A DNA stretch of 64,000 bases. Source: Tubiluchus corallicola (Eukaryota > Animalia > Priapulida). The position numbers and the translations under genes are program-made. Shown here in pieces: positions 13,201 to 28,172 of this stretch; the first letter of the stretch is position 1; each line of letters begins with the position of its first letter. The stretch is from assembly GCA_030141605.1 (NCBI GenBank), contig JAQGDQ010000003.1:620001-684000 (forward strand), given 5' to 3'. The notes under the pieces were generated by a model. The model worked only from the letters and a program-made list of their open reading frames with translations, did not search any database and was not told where the DNA came from.

Positions 13201-16200
13201 GGTAATGAGGTCGGAACTTGATACACTTTCCATCATCTGACAACTCGAACAACATTGATTTGTCATCAGGAGATTGACAATTTCCAGCAATTAATGCACG
13301 CCTAAGTTCAGCAGCTGCTTTAATTAAATTTGCCTGCAGATCTTGTAAATCTTTATTAACAATACCATGCAATTCAATTATTCCGGAAAAAGAATGTTCT
13401 TTAAGCGAAGTTGGCATTTCCTCATTGTGACCAAACAATGGTTTACTGGAATCACTCTTAAAGGAAGAAGACATTCCAGTGCGAGAGTGATCTTCTTCTG
13501 GCTTCTCTGACAAACAAGATATTACAGGAGAAACTCCTCGATCTACGTAGGAATGATTGACATTCTTGTCGCGGGAAGCTAAAGTTTCAACAACTAGTTT
13601 TCGTACAAGTTCTTTGAAATTATTTGGAAGAGAACTACTTAACAGATGATCAAGCACAGAAGACAATCTTTCGTTCCAGGACTTTATCAGAGTTTCTGGA
13701 CTAATTACTTTTAGCTTGTTTGCATCTTCAAGAGTGAAAGTTCCACTTTTGACAAAATCACCACGTTTCTTACAACTACTGGCAGCTGCATTGAAAACGT
13801 GACCGTTTTTCAAGTCGTTTTTAGCTTTCCTTTCTTGTGAAGCATTGTTAGATGAAACACTGCCCTCTTGGCCCAACAGCATTCGTTTTTCTTTGACGTC
13901 ACCCACAGATTTTGCATTTGCTTGAACAGATTTATCACAGATAGCCACTGCTACCATCATATCACTGTTACTTCGACTGTGAGCTCCAGTATCTTTCACA
14001 GCATTATTCCATAAGTCTCTAACAATTTCTAATTCTTTCTCAGAATTTCCTTTTACTTGTTGAATAACCCATGTTGGTATGCTTGCCGGAGCTTCGCCTC
14101 GTTCACTGCTTTTGATGGTAGAGTCACTATCGTCAGAACATCCAGAAACTTGTCTGTGGTTTGAGGCCATTTTCTCAGCCATGGAGACATTATCATTAGT
14201 AACAAGATTTGTTGACCGTTTTCCCTCACCAGTTGAGTACTGGAAAAAGTTCAATCCAAAATCATTTTTCCAAGTATTATTCTGTACTGATTCTGTGGTG
14301 GAATCAGTTTGTACAAGAGGTGCTGATTTGCTTTCTTCTGCTTGATGATGTTGCACATCATTTGCTGTTGAAATTGTCGATGAATGTAATGCGAAGATCG
14401 CTTCACTGCTGCTAAATTGTTCATTTGTCTGTTTTGTGTTGTTTTGTTCTGGAGAAATCAAAACAGAAGTGGAATGTGAAGGATCTTTGGCTTGTTTTGT
14501 TTCATTAGCCAGTTCATCATTTGTACAAGTATTTTCTGTAGTTGCAATTTGTGGTGAAGCAGAAACATGATGGTCTGACAAAAAACCTGATTCCTCTTTA
14601 TCAAGGACTTTTCGACTAAACCTATGAGTCATACTTAATGCGGTGGCTTCAGTTTTTTCTACAGATGAATTTTCATTGGGAGAAACAGGTGTAATATCAG
14701 TAATCTGCTTTTGCTTGTTTTCGACTTTGATTTCGGTTTTTGCTCGTCTAGCGTATATTCCCGGAAAAGCTGCAGCTGGAGCAGATCTGCTGCCAATTAC
14801 ATGAGGAGGAAAGTCAGGAGGAGCTGCGTCTGTAGAACCTGTTAATAAAAACAACTAATACCAGTCTTGCTTGTAAGCTTGCATATTGACTATTACCACA
14901 AGCTTTGTTAAACTTATCAAATAACGAACATATCTGGTACATACAATGACCATTCCTGAAACTAACGCAAAAACTAGTTATTACAGATACACCTAAACAA
15001 CATTTTGCGTTGGCATAACTGCATTTATAAAATTTGAGTACTACAACAGCTCAAGCACTTACTGACTCAACATTCAGCAAGTTTTCTTTTAACTTGCAAT
15101 ACGTATGTTTTTGCCACTATGAATACTGACGTCAAGTCTTGCACTTCTGTAGGAACACAGTGAAACCAACTATAGACCTCCAGCTAAAGAGAGACAAGCT
15201 AAGAAGTCAAGCTAAGTTGAAGTCAAAATCATGGGTGCACAGAGATCAGAATCACTTTTGATCACATAAGAACCAGAATCACATAATGTGTAATTGCTTG
15301 ATGATAAAATATTTGAATAAAAGTTTAGAAATTTATTTTAAGTTACTGAGTCATACAAATTTAGCACACTTATTGTAGCTTTTTTCACTCAACAAATTCC
15401 TTAATTCATTTGTTGCCTTCCTATGCACAAATGAATACGAAACTTGTACTACAAGTAAGAGGGAAATTAATTTCAGACTGCTTGTCTATCTGAGTGAACA
15501 AAAAGTAAAGTTACCCAAAGACAGCAGACATCAATAACCAATCTTTGTGCAAGGTGTTCATTAAAGAATAAAAAACATCATATGCAGCACTTAAAAGACT
15601 TCCATTGTCATGGTAATATTGCCTCTATTTGGAAGAATGTTCACGGCTACAAAATCTTAGCTTGCATTAGTGCAGATGTGTTGCAAGCTTACTATGCTTA
15701 CATTTATATTAGAAGACATAATTTTTGACTTAATGGAGTGGTTCATCACGAGCCAAATTTTGTTAATGCAATTTTAATAATACAAATGCGAACCAAATAT
15801 GATTACTGCAAAATTATATACAAACAAACTGCTTAAGGCAATGGCTTACAAAAACTGAGAACTGCATCAAAAGTAATGCCTAAAGGTGACAGGATTGATT
15901 ACAGTGACTATTGAAAATCTGTCATGGTAGAAGTACCAAGTTAAGTTAACCATTTCTCTTAAAACATCCCCTTACACGGCATCAAAAAAGCAATAACAAT
16001 AGATGTTTAGCTTGTGTAAACTCGGAAAGGCACACAGATCACTAGTTCATTTCAGTCTAATGCTGTGTCTTTGTCTGATTTGTAAGTTCATTATTCGGAA
16101 GAGTGTATGCAAACAAATCTGAGCAGACCTAATTACTACTTGCCAACAATCTAAAAGCAGTATTATCCAGCACAAAGAAAAATGAACATAACCAAGTACA

Positions 16201-19200
16201 AGAATGATGCTGTGCTCAAGCAGATGCATAGCAACATTTATTTACAGATACCAAATAAAACTGATTACATGTATCCATACCTGAATGAGAACTTTCCTCA
16301 GTTGAGCTATGAGAATAAGTCGAACCTACACTAAGCACTCTGGCAGGATGAGATTCTGTACTGCTATACTGACCCACCTTTACCCTGCAAAATTGCCAAG
16401 ATAAATAGAATAAATAGCTAAACAGTCATTTGCCCCAAAGCAGCTCAATAAATATCCACTAAAAATACAGCTGCATTTTCTTAAAAACATTGCCGAGTTT
16501 GGCCCTGTATAAAGCCACTTAAATTTTCTAAAACTTTTATCCTCTTTTCAGTAATAGTACACCTTCACAAAAACAAATTAATTTACACTGCTACTCATTT
16601 ATTATACTTTTATGCAGTACAATATTTTCTTATCAACAACATTTTCTCACAATACTGAAGTGAAATCAATGCTAGTGTAATCAGCACTCTGTGAACAATA
16701 AGTTCAAGCGGCCCTGCAGGTCCAATACAAGTCTGACCTCACTGCGCAAGCTACAAATTAACCAAGCAATTTATGGCAATTAACTATCGGTATTCAACAC
16801 ACACAATGAACGTCTAAATACTAAAAGCATGTTGAGGAAATCAATCAATTCTACTTTACAAGTTGAAGTCAATTTTCAATGAGCTCGTGTTTTACGAGTC
16901 GTAACAGAAAATATGCTTTAACCCTGCTCAGCTTTGTCGTTGACCTATTCAGGACATTGAACTCTTTTAAAAGTGTAAGATTAAATGGAGAAACTCTTGG
17001 ATTGGTTTTGGCTAATGCTTATTTGCTGTTAATTAAACAACTGTTCTTTGTGGTTCAAAATAAGTATAAAATTATAAACTAACAAAAACGTTTCTATATT
17101 GAGTGGTATACGCTTTTTTGACAAAAATATCAAACTGGCATTAATGCATGCAAAAAAGCTTTTTTCAAAAATGATTACTGTGTCAGAAAATAAAATACAG
17201 GACTGTACTACAGAAAATACACAAAATACATCCATGGAATGTTATGGGATAACAAAGCCTTAATGGTGAAAAGACTAATAAAAGGTGTTCTCTGGACACT
17301 AAACAAAGCCGTGTTGCGATGCCTTTTTTAAAATAGGACCGCTATTGCATGTGACAAAAAATGCCAAATTATTTTGCGCAATACGGAAATTTGCTATAAC
17401 TGCCACACATTAAAGCTAACAAAAAGGATAACTAAAACACCACAGCTATTTATATATTTGTATTTCTCAATAGCAGGAAATTTGGTCACGTTCAGGAAGT
17501 TGAAATAGATTGATGTGAATAAGCGAATAGTTTTTAACATCAGTAATACAATATTCTTGTTCTTACATGTTCTTAGTATACTTGTTTTTGATCCTATTTC
17601 TAGTTAATCAGCACACTGTTGGCCAACAGTATTCACTTAACCACAAACAAACTAATTACAACTTTGTGAATACAGTGATAAATTTAGCAAATTTACCAAA
17701 AAAGCAAAAAACGGGGAAAATTAATGCATTTCAACTGTGTACTTTAGTTAATCATGCATTTTTATAATGCTGACGAATTCAGTTTGATGGCCGCATAGAT
17801 AGATGTTGCAGTATAGTCAAATATACATGTTCCAACACCAATTTTTAAGAATACTTACAAATTATTTAAAATAAGGAAAACACAATCCTGACATACCTTG
17901 TTTCATTAATAGAACTCCTTTTTTCTTGTGTGTCTTCAGTTTCCTCATCACTATCAAGAGAAGACCACGGGAACGCGGACCTCGGCATCCAAGCTCGCTT
18001 CACACGAAACTTAGTCCCACCGTTCTCTTTTTCCAAGATCGTATCTTTGTCATTAGAACTGTTGTATTTTGCTCTACTTAAAGAGACCTCACTCGAATCT
18101 TTGCTTTCAAACTGCGTCAGAGAACTAATGCTACTATGTTGTTTTGCACAATCACCAGTATACAGTAGTTCTGCAATTGCATTGTCTGCAGCTCGCTGCA
18201 ACATGGCTCCAATACCTATCCTAGCTTCTTGAGTGGATTCTTCTACAGTGTCAGTAGAAAAATCGTGCTGGAGTCTATTTCCATTGTCTGATGTTGGTGC
18301 TAACTGAGAGTCACTAAACTGTCTTCTGTGAATACTTCTAGAATTAGCAGTTTGAAATGATTTAGAAGCACTCTCTTGGTTAGATGTTTTAATGTCAGAT
18401 ATTACCAACTCATCATCAGGAGCAGTGTTTTCATCGTCCAAACTACTGTCACTTGAAAGCTGATAACTTAGTCTCTTTATAACACTTACACTTGGTAAGC
18501 AAGTGCAAGGTACAGCATTCTCATCTCTTTTTACCACATTTTTAATATGGGCATAAGTTAACTTTTTAGTTTGTAATGGCAATGACTCTGTTGAAGCTGT
18601 GGGATAACCATCATTTTTAACACTACTGCCAAGCAGAAACACTGGCTTTAAACCTGAATGTATTTTTCCACCACTTGAACTGTCACGCATGTCAAACTCT
18701 GATTTTAATCTCGTCTCAAACCGTGAAAAATCTTTTCTATTATGTGTACTGTTGTCCCTTAACTCTTGAAATGTAACATGCATCTTTTGTTCTTTGTCCA
18801 CCATATGTAATTCTGCAGTTTTAAATGTGTCGTCAAATGCCAAAGACAGAGCATTTTCTGGTTCTGGCAAAACAATATTATCAGTAAAGTTAGGACTAGC
18901 AGATCGACAACTTTTAGATTGCCTTATCAAACTTTCATCTTCCTTTTCTGAAGCATCTGAACTTCTTAAATTGTAACTGTTGTCATTACCAATATCATCA
19001 TCTTCAACAAAAAATGCTCCAGCTATGAAGGAATTATCTTTAGTAGCCTCTGAAAATGCTTTTTTATTTTCCAATTCACAAACTCGTGTTTTATTCTCTC
19101 CGAATTTTCTTGAATCAGATATTGTTTCTGTTACATCAGTCACTGCCAAAGCAGTTCTAGAAGTATTAACCCCAGAAATGGTATCAAACTGTTGCTTGTG

Positions 19201-22200
19201 GAATTCATCAATATTCTGATGTGCAGATATGTCTTGACAAGGCACAGTAGTGAGTTCCTGAGTACACTTATTATTCTTTTTATCAAGAGTGTCTTTAGAG
19301 TTTGAGTAGCCAGAGGAGCTAGGAAGACTTCCAAAGTTACTTTTATTTTGTGAAATACCTTGCAAAGGAGGTTCAGGACTACTCCGAGCTGAACTACTTC
19401 CGCCATCTGATACAACCAGAATATTCTTGTTAACATACTCAGTTCTCTGTAGTAAATCTTGAACTCTTTCTTCTAGTGTAGAACTTGGGCGTACTTCCGT
19501 TATGGCAGTCTCTGGAGCTAATTTAGCTAAAATAATGGGTGCATGCAAAGAATTGGCTGTTTTCTGTTCTTCATATGCCGACTTTACTGCTTGTGATGTA
19601 GCATCAATATTCATCATAACCAAGGTGGATCCTTGCTCAGCCTGTACGGCTGGAATGTTGGATGTTTCATTACCACTGATTTTGTTTGATGACTTACTGT
19701 TAGAATTCAGTAATTTTTTGTCTTTCTCTTGTTCAGCTATTCTCACATCCAGTTGTGTTGTGGCCGTTGGAAGAGTTTCAGTATCATTCACTTTGTAAAG
19801 CGATGAATCTGACATAAATTCAACATAAGCTTTATCTGCATACTCTTTTATTTTTTGGACAAATTCTGCAATTTCTTCATTTTTGCTAACAAGAAAGCCT
19901 GGATCAGATACTTTTATACTGCTTTCATTTTCTTGATGAGCAGCATCTATAGTGTCAGGTTTTTCCATTGTTAAACGATCTTGTGAGTTGCTGCTTGGCC
20001 AATTAAATGACATGTCGTCTGACAAATCATCTCTTCTATGCACCTTTTCACCATTAACCTTACAGTCATCCACTCGCTCTAGCATTTCAGTATCGTTGAA
20101 CTGGATTGCTTTATCTTCTGATGTTTTTATGTCCTTTTCCTCATTAAACCTGTCAAACATTTTCTTTTCTACTGATGACGATGGAGGCACTTCTACAATC
20201 GATGATTTTGATTCATTAATCACAGCTGGTATAGAATGAAAGGACAGTTCACCAGTATTTTGTGTCAAGACAACTGTCTTATGACTGCTAAGTAAATAGG
20301 TATCAATGCTCTTATCCAGATTTCCACTAGCATCTGTCTTATAGTCATCACCATCTACATCTGACCGCTGCATAGGAGATGGTTTCAAATACTGAGACAG
20401 ACCAGTGTCATCAATTTCTGAAATCTCCATAACAGTAGAAAGAAAAAAGCTAGGTTCCATATTATCAAAAGCCTGTGTACCCGCATTTAAGCTGGAAGCG
20501 TCCTGTGATAAAGGGGTCAAATAATTCTGTAACAGATTTTCATTTACTGGAACGTTATTAAATTCAGGAAGGGCAACAGGAGTTGACTTCCCACTAGACG
20601 TTTCACTTGTAGAGTCTGAACTTTGGATCCTCTTTTCGCTTTTACTCTGAGATCTGTGAGAAATTTTGAGATGCTGGTTTTCTCCTGAAAACTTAGTTTG
20701 CAAGACCAGTTGGTTTTCTTCATCATCAGCACTGTAGGCATCACTGTACTGAGTATCAGTATCACATGATGATACATTTGAAGTTGGTTCTATTACATTT
20801 ACCACATTGTCCGTGACATGTTTATTTTCAAAGACAGGCTGCAACACTAACTGTTTATCACCACTGGGACAACTCAAAAGCAAACTATTGGCATTTCTTT
20901 CTGTATAATTTGCATTGTTTTCAAAAAATTTGTTTGCCTGGCACATATTCAAAGGGGCATCACCACCGCCATTGTGAAAAGTACTCGGAATCAGAGTTAT
21001 AGGAAAGCTACCACGCCTAACAGAATACTTTTCGCCCTTGTACAAGTCTGGTTCAGATGTACTAATGCGATTATGAAACATCATTTCTGGAGTCACTTCT
21101 GTATAGAAACTGGATTTTTTACTATTGTGTGAAAATGGGCGAGGAATTCTTGATGGCAGTTTCTTGGGTAATAAATTCATGGTACTGATTTTACTAACCC
21201 CACCGGAGTGAATGAATTCGCTTCTGTTACCAGCAGAGAAACTACCAACATCATTACCTGTATTTGATAAAGTAGGACTACGATCTGAATTAGAAATACC
21301 TTCTTTCTCCCTTGAGGGATAATACAGGCTGTTCTCTCTATCTGGAAGCTGTTCATAAATATTTTCCCCTACTTTCCGGGAAACTCGCCATGCAAGAGAG
21401 TCCATTGTACTAGCCGAGTCCACTGAACTTGGTGAAGTTAGACCTGAGCTTATTGCTCCCACATGTAATTTTCTTTGTACAGAGGAAGACAAAGCTTCGA
21501 GTCTGTCGGATGCATGCTTTATGCCAGAATATTCATCATCACTGTGATTGTTATCCGAAGAATAATTTTCATTGACTGACTCACTAGAAAATACATAATT
21601 TTCTCTTTTCGCCTTTCTCACATTAGTAGAATCAAAATTAGTAGACATCGTAAAGTCTTTAACAGTATCTAAATGAGGTTTTAAATCTGCTTGCTGAAGT
21701 TCATGTGACACAGGCGTAAGGTTTGGCAATGACTCCTCAGTTGCTTTTTGATCAATTTTTGAAGTGAATTCATTACCGGGTAATACAGTCAGTGGAGCAT
21801 TACTAAGGAATTCATCAGTATCAGCATAAGCTGTGTAGTTAGTACTCCAAAGCTCACAAGAACCGTCTTCCCCCTTTTCACCTGTTACCGATACTTCATG
21901 TTCTTCCACTTGGCCTAAAAATAAAAACAAAAAAATGCTTTAAAGAAATTTTACTATTGTCAATAGAAGCAAAACTTTAGCATGCTTCAACTAATAAACA
22001 TAAACATGCAAAACATTCACCAGATACAAAGAAAGGTATCTACCTAAAATACTTAAAATGAATATATCTAAGTTAAGGTGGGAGATCGACAAGTCAACAA
22101 AAGGCTTAAGTTACAGTGAGACAGTATCACAGCTATTAGAAACATATAATAACACACTTTTTAAAAATAAAACCAAAAAAATGGATTTCATTAGAGCTAA

Positions 22201-25200
22201 TAAATTTACACATTTACTTGGTTTGCTGAAATGAGACAAACAGAGTTATATACATAGATCTTAAATGTATCGTAAGGATTAACATAAAGAATCTCACATC
22301 TTGTAACTGCCACACAAAAATATTACCTTGAGGCTCACTTTGCAATAACTCAGTCACACAACTGCTACCTGAAATCTGAAAATAAAATACAGTCTTTAAT
22401 ATTTGAAATAAAACCGTCACAAAATAAACTGAATACTCCAAAGTATTTAAAACAATGATAAAAAATTATGCCTCACTATGCAAAAAAATCTTCAACTTCT
22501 GTGATGGAATGAACACTATAGTACTGATATAATAAACTTCTGCTACAAGTGCACCTTCCATAAACAAACAAATTAATAGCCTCAATTAATACTGAGAGAT
22601 GAGAATAGATTTTAAGTCTTGTTATATATTACCACATAATAATTTAACTTAAACGTAGTACTTTTAACAAACAAAAACAAAAAATGAATAATTAATATGC
22701 GAATGCTCGCGTAAATGCAAAAATGCCTACGTTAACAATCAATAATCGGTGTTAGTAATCAATTTAATCATTGTCAAGAAAAATAAAGAAAAAGCACACC
22801 AACAGTGTTTCCTTACCATACTTACAGAACTTTAATTTAATAGTCTACCAAAGTGACACAGAAGTATGTTAAATGCATGATACAAGAACCAGTTGAAAAT
22901 TTCTGAAAACAGCAAATCATAACCCCATTAAGCATGTTTAATCCTAAAAAAAGATTTAACTGTCGTAGACATTACCTGGTAATTCTTTCCACCCAACACA
23001 GTAGAAATAAAACACGTAAATAATAATTTACCTGTGGAAAGCTACATAAAGCACGTTGTTGACTTTTCTCATATTTGCTTGCATCCTCAGCCACCTGAAG
23101 AGAGAAAATAATACTCATGCAGTCTCACTTAAACAAGAATTATTAATAAGTAATGTAGACAATCACGCAACACTTGAAATTAAAGCCTGGTTCGCAGCTG
23201 TCGAAGTCGGCAATAATTATCCTGTACTAGAATTGAGAAATAACAGATGGGTAATCAATAAATAATAATCAACGACACCCGTGCTTTGTCCCACTGCAGT
23301 TAAGCATACCCTTCACATCGTTATGACTTATTAATGAACTCCAGTAATTAGTACTTGTAGTTATGACATACCAAATGATGTTTCCAAGCAACATGCAAAA
23401 TTTTTTGATTTATTTTGCATCTGAATCATGTTGATTTAATATTTAATCAGTTAATTTTAAGCATGTGTGACCTTCACTACTAATGGAACAATTTAAACTC
23501 ACTTAGCTCGTTTCCACTCTGTGCAAAAATTTAATAGCAGTTGTGGCAACAGCGGTGATAGCGGTAGACTAATGGCAGTTGTGACTGTAAGAACTAGCAG
23601 CAGCAAGATTAGTAACAGTGACAGTAGTACAAACACTAGAACATTAGTTAAAAACATTTTTTCGGTTTAAAAATTGAATACAGACACCCATTATCAGCCC
23701 GTACGATAATTCAACTTAGTTCAATGTCAATAAAATTGCAGTCAACTTAAATGCAAAACCAGTTTAAGGGTTCTTGTAAGAAAAAGTGCAGTTTTGATGC
23801 AATTTTGACAACAGTACTGGTGAATGCACTATATTTTAAAATCACAGTTGCATTTTTTATATACAATTTCCACCTTATTCAGTGGGTGTGCTTTTAAGTG
23901 TTTTGAGTTTCTCCTGTTCCACTTCATATTTATAAAAAACTGTTATACCAAATCCGATTATGATCAATTTCTCCACCTGTTTGCTATCAGACAACTTTTA
24001 TCAGGTAGGTGTGTTAGTACTTTGTTTGCATCAGCAGGTTGGGATTAGTTGACTTAGTGATGAGGCCACTATGGATATGAGAAGCCATCGCCTCCTAAAT
24101 TTTGTGGTCAGTTTGCTACTGAGGTCAGCCTTGCACAATTGACATGTTGGTGTGTGAAGTTTATTGGTCAAGACATTTATATCACAGCTTTTTGGGCTTC
24201 GATTCAAAGAGCCCACATTGAAATCCCGGCTCAGTTCTAACTTTTTTTATGTTACCTCCATTTCGGTAAGATTTAGTTTTTAAAATTCAATGCGCGAGTT
24301 TATAAAATCACTAAAAATAATCATTATTCTGTTTGGTAAGTTATAACTGAATAACTGAATCATAAAGATCAATTATAAGGTGCAGCATGGTCTAATTGGC
24401 CTTGGCGCTGGACTTTTAATTCAACAGATCCCATTTCAAATGAAGGTTCAGTTTTAAATTTTTTCACATTTTCTTTTTTAGGTCAAATTTGGTTTTAAAA
24501 ATAAGTATGAGTTACATCATCATTAAATAAATTATTTAAATGAATATAAAGAATTAATAATTGTAAATAATTACTTAACAATTAACCTACAACTAACCAT
24601 AGTAAGGGAAAATATTTAAAGTATATTAAAAAAATCATTTACTCTAGACATCGGATTAGTACTGTATTTATTTTATTGTAATTCCAAATTAGTTTTAGTC
24701 CAGATCTGCAAGGAAAAATATTCAACAAGCAAGTGGTTTCCAAATTCGTAGCTTAGAAATCTTTGTAAATTGTCTGTTGTTGTTGTGATTTGCTGATGTT
24801 TTGCACTGATCGCTGGACTGACCGTTTGCAAGCAGTACCAGAGGCAAATGGTGAACATACCAATTAGTATAGTTAATTAATTTAATTTCAGTAATCTTCT
24901 TATGTGGTTTTACCTATTTCATCTTTCCTGAAATGTTTGGCACCTTCATCTAGCAACAGTAAATTCACAACCCGGTACATGTAAACATGAACTAGTACTA
25001 GAGAACAGGCCCGGCAACTAAAACAGCAAACAAAGAATGAATGCTAATTCACCTCATTCTTGTCATGTGACTCTAAATGGTCTGAAGAAAAGGTCTTGTT
25101 CATTTCACCACCATCTTGCATACACCAGAAACCGTCACTTGAATAAACATTTTGATCAGAAACATCACTTGCTTCTACATGGTTATGTGCACCAACACCA

Positions 25201-25343
25201 GTGGAATCTAGGGGTAACTGAACAACAGATAATGCAGAAGGGAATTCATAAGTTTGTTGAGCTAAGTGAGTAGAATCTATTTGTGATCTATCAACTGGAT
25301 GCTGAGCAATGTTGTAACTGTTATCTTTAATCAGTGATTCCAT
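10259..25343 (-). CDS. ALMS1: ALMS1-like centrosomal/basal-body protein, ~2,582 aa, with C-terminal ALMS motif
   Basis: Exons 5'->3': 25343-25053, 23094-23032, 22375-22327, 21914-17897, 16384-16281, 14838-12005, 11542-11383, 10706-10543, 10324-10259 (TGA); all GT-AG and phase-consistent. C-terminal LSLQEALLLAKPTFITHCRERQ...EEMKARTQRMYSKLPEV...NRLRAQTYKK is the ALMS motif, and internal ESSHSGSTDAAPPDFPPHVIGSR resembles vertebrate ALMS1. The three small 5' exons and the start codon (atcATGg) are less certain. Confidence 0.85.
24379..24451 (+). pseudogene. Degenerate tRNA-derived sequence (tRNA-Lys-like pseudogene or SINE head)
   Basis: A-box-like tggtctaattgg, anticodon-loop-like cttttaa and B-box-like ttcaaat at tRNA spacing, but the stems do not close. 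Confidence 0.35.
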
Positions 25344-26794
25344 GATACCTGTGAAAACAATTAAATAACGAGTTATTAAAGAAAGAAAAAGGCACAAAAC
25401 ATAACAATAATAAAAAATAACAACAACAAAGATAACAACACACACACACAAAACAACAACAACTACAACAATAATAATAGTAGTAATAATAAATAAAAAC
25501 CATGGGTAAATCAAGAATTAGAAAGTTAAATTTAAAAATGTGTTATATACTAATCCTAAATTAAAGACTCATTAAATCCTTGCAATAGGAACACAAATGC
25601 ATAATGGCACAGTAAAAAAGTCAGTTGATCCAGAATGCCCCAAATTTATTTAATTGCTTTGCACATTTAACATTTAAAAACATTTTAACACACACCCAGC
25701 AAACATTTTATCATCTCATCAGATTACCCGATTTATACGATTTTAAACTTTTTTAAATATAGAGTCATCCTATTTCATTTCCTTTTTTTCATTTGAACTT
25801 CTAAATGAGACCACATAAATTATCATTTATCTGACTCTGAACATCTTCTTCTGGTTTTTTGTTCTTAACAGATGTGTGTAATAGACAGAGCTGACAGTTT
25901 TGGCAACACTAACCTATCTTCCCTTCTTTTTGAGGTTTTCCTATCATTTTCTTCATATAGTTACAGTTTATTTAATGTCAGTTTGGAGTACAAACACATT
26001 AGTCTGTAAAGAGTATTGCCTGACACAAACAATTTTAAATATATTACTTGTGGTAATATAAAATCATGGTACCCTAAAGGATACCTAATGGAAACCGAAG
26101 CAAACGAAAAAAATTCATTTAATCTATTAAGAAGGAAAAGACTAAAAAATAAAAAAGCTAGTAAGAAATTTTACTTACAAGACACAAAATTAAATTTTCA
26201 AGGCATACAAAGTTTAAATTTATGAAAGAGGGTTGCAACAGATTTTTTACAATTTTCAACATCTGCACAGCTGATGCAATGGCCAAAATTGTATGTCCTT
26301 CCTGCTACCAGTAATACTTTTCACAGTCAACCCAAGCTATAGATGTTTTGATGTCAATTTGTCATAGTATGCAAAATGTCCTGAACAAAAAACAAAATTC
26401 TTCTAGTATTTGCATTTGTTTTTCATTGTCGGATTTGGACCACATATTAAATGTCTAAAAAAAATTATCAAAGGGCCCCTGAGCTCCAGCTTCCCCAGCC
26501 AGAGTGTCCTTCACATATAAGGTGCACCATCTTCAAACGAAGACTCTGCTCAACGTCTTTGGTGATCGGTTAAGCAAAGATACGATTAATTCACGAAAAG
26601 GCACCTTTATTTTTAAAAGCACAATGAAGTTACAATCAATAATACGAGAAGCTTATATTGCAAAAACAGCTCAGAAATACTAGTCAAAGATGTAGCTTAT
26701 ACTCTCTGTGCTGAAAAAAATAAGAGTATAAAGTTACACCTGACTAAATGTGAAGGACGTTCTAGTTAGGGAAGCTGAACTAGCTGGGTCGATC

Positions 26795-27060
26795 ATGAAA
26801 AGTATTACTGGCAGCAGGAAGACTGTAGACATTTTGTACGGTATTGGACATTGTATCAGTAAAAGCTGTATATAAGAATTTGAAGCAGAGCTGACATTTA
26901 TGGAAAAGTTTGCATCTATGAAGAATGAGCTACACTAGAAGGAATAATGTTACTGCCACATTTGAAAACCTGTTTTGCTTGGATAATTATGATGCCTTTA
27001 TAGAACTCAAGGATGGAAAGGGACACACTTCACGATACATTTGAGATTTGTTTCCAAAAT
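26795..27060 (+). pseudogene. Fossil fragment of a large transposase-like ORF
   Basis: With stops and frameshifts it reads MKSITGSRKTVDILYGIGHCIS..EFEAEL...P.LKTCFAW/DNYDAFIELKDGK/DTLHDTFEICFQN. This resembles GSRK...GHCISY...WDN.D...GKDTLHDT motifs I recall from invertebrate transposon-derived proteins; superfamily not assigned. Confidence 0.55.
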
Positions 27061-28172
27061 ATTTCAAATGAACATATATTGTAGGAAGTAGTAACAGACC
27101 TCAGTAGTGTAGATCAATAATCGTGGCTGCTTACAGATGATACAAATGTTACCTTATTGAAAGGTAGGGGGAGATGAATTCTTACTGTTGCAAACTTGCA
27201 ACTGGAGCTATACAGAAAAAAGTAAGATCAACAAAATGCTCTTTTCAGTTTGAAAACACAGTGACACATTTTATCTGCAGAACGGTTTTCTTTGGTACCA
27301 GCAAAATTTATGAGTGTGTACTTTGCTCTGTAACTCTTTTATCATTTGCTAGTTCAATTAAAAATTTTTGTTTCAATTAGATTTTCTTTGAAAATGTTTA
27401 ACATTCAGTCTTATTAGTGCAATATTCAATTGATTTGATATTATCAATTTAATATTAGATTTGCTAAATTTTATGCATCGTTTCTTGCTAGTAAAAACTG
27501 TCTCGTAAACTTTTTCGCAAAAAATGCAATTAATTCTGTAAACTCTGCTTTGGTTACAACTCACAACTATTGAGTTATAAATATAACAACAATCAAAATG
27601 CGTATAATGCTAAAAGTGCAATTACTCATGTGTAACAGAATTATCGTGTATTAGTTGTGAAAGGTATTGTGAATGCAATCGAGCGTAAGCATTTTGAATT
27701 TTTGAACAGAAATGAACTTAATCTGATACTAGAACGGCTATGTCAAAATTAAGTAATGAATTATTTGTATTGTACTCCCCTTGGCTAACTGCTGTATTAT
27801 TTATTGTCCCTTTCTCTTTAAATTGTTGTAATGCATAAATATTCTTATTTTTTTATGCTACTCACAAATTGAAAATTGTACTGCAATTTTGAAATAAACA
27901 GTAACGACAATAATTACAGTAACTTGTTTGATGCAAATATTATGCAACTTTTGACCCCTTTGGACCACTGTCTGATACAAGGTGGTTTGGTTTTTCTTTG
28001 CCCCAGCCAAACTTGTCAGGCTGGACTTTTAAAGTTCTCCAATCTTCTTTGGTTTCTATATTTGTATATTAAAGAAACAGCAGCACTCTACAATCATGGA
28101 AAGTATCGCAAAACATCTTGCTGCCCATTTTAAGGCAGTCTAGAATCGTCAAACTTTTCTGGGTTATGCTGC

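Noticed and set aside
16923-17011. Possible extra ALMS1-like exon
   Set aside because: The frame required by the upstream phase-2 donor hits a stop; 17897 splices in phase directly to 16384.
12057-20777. Plus-strand and alternative-frame ORFs inside the two giant ALMS1-like exons
   Set aside because: They are shadow ORFs of long Ser-rich coding exons with no independent signals.
24130-24200. Plus-strand tatcacagctttttggg as a miR-2 copy
   Set aside because: No convincing 5' arm, and it is antisense to the host intron.
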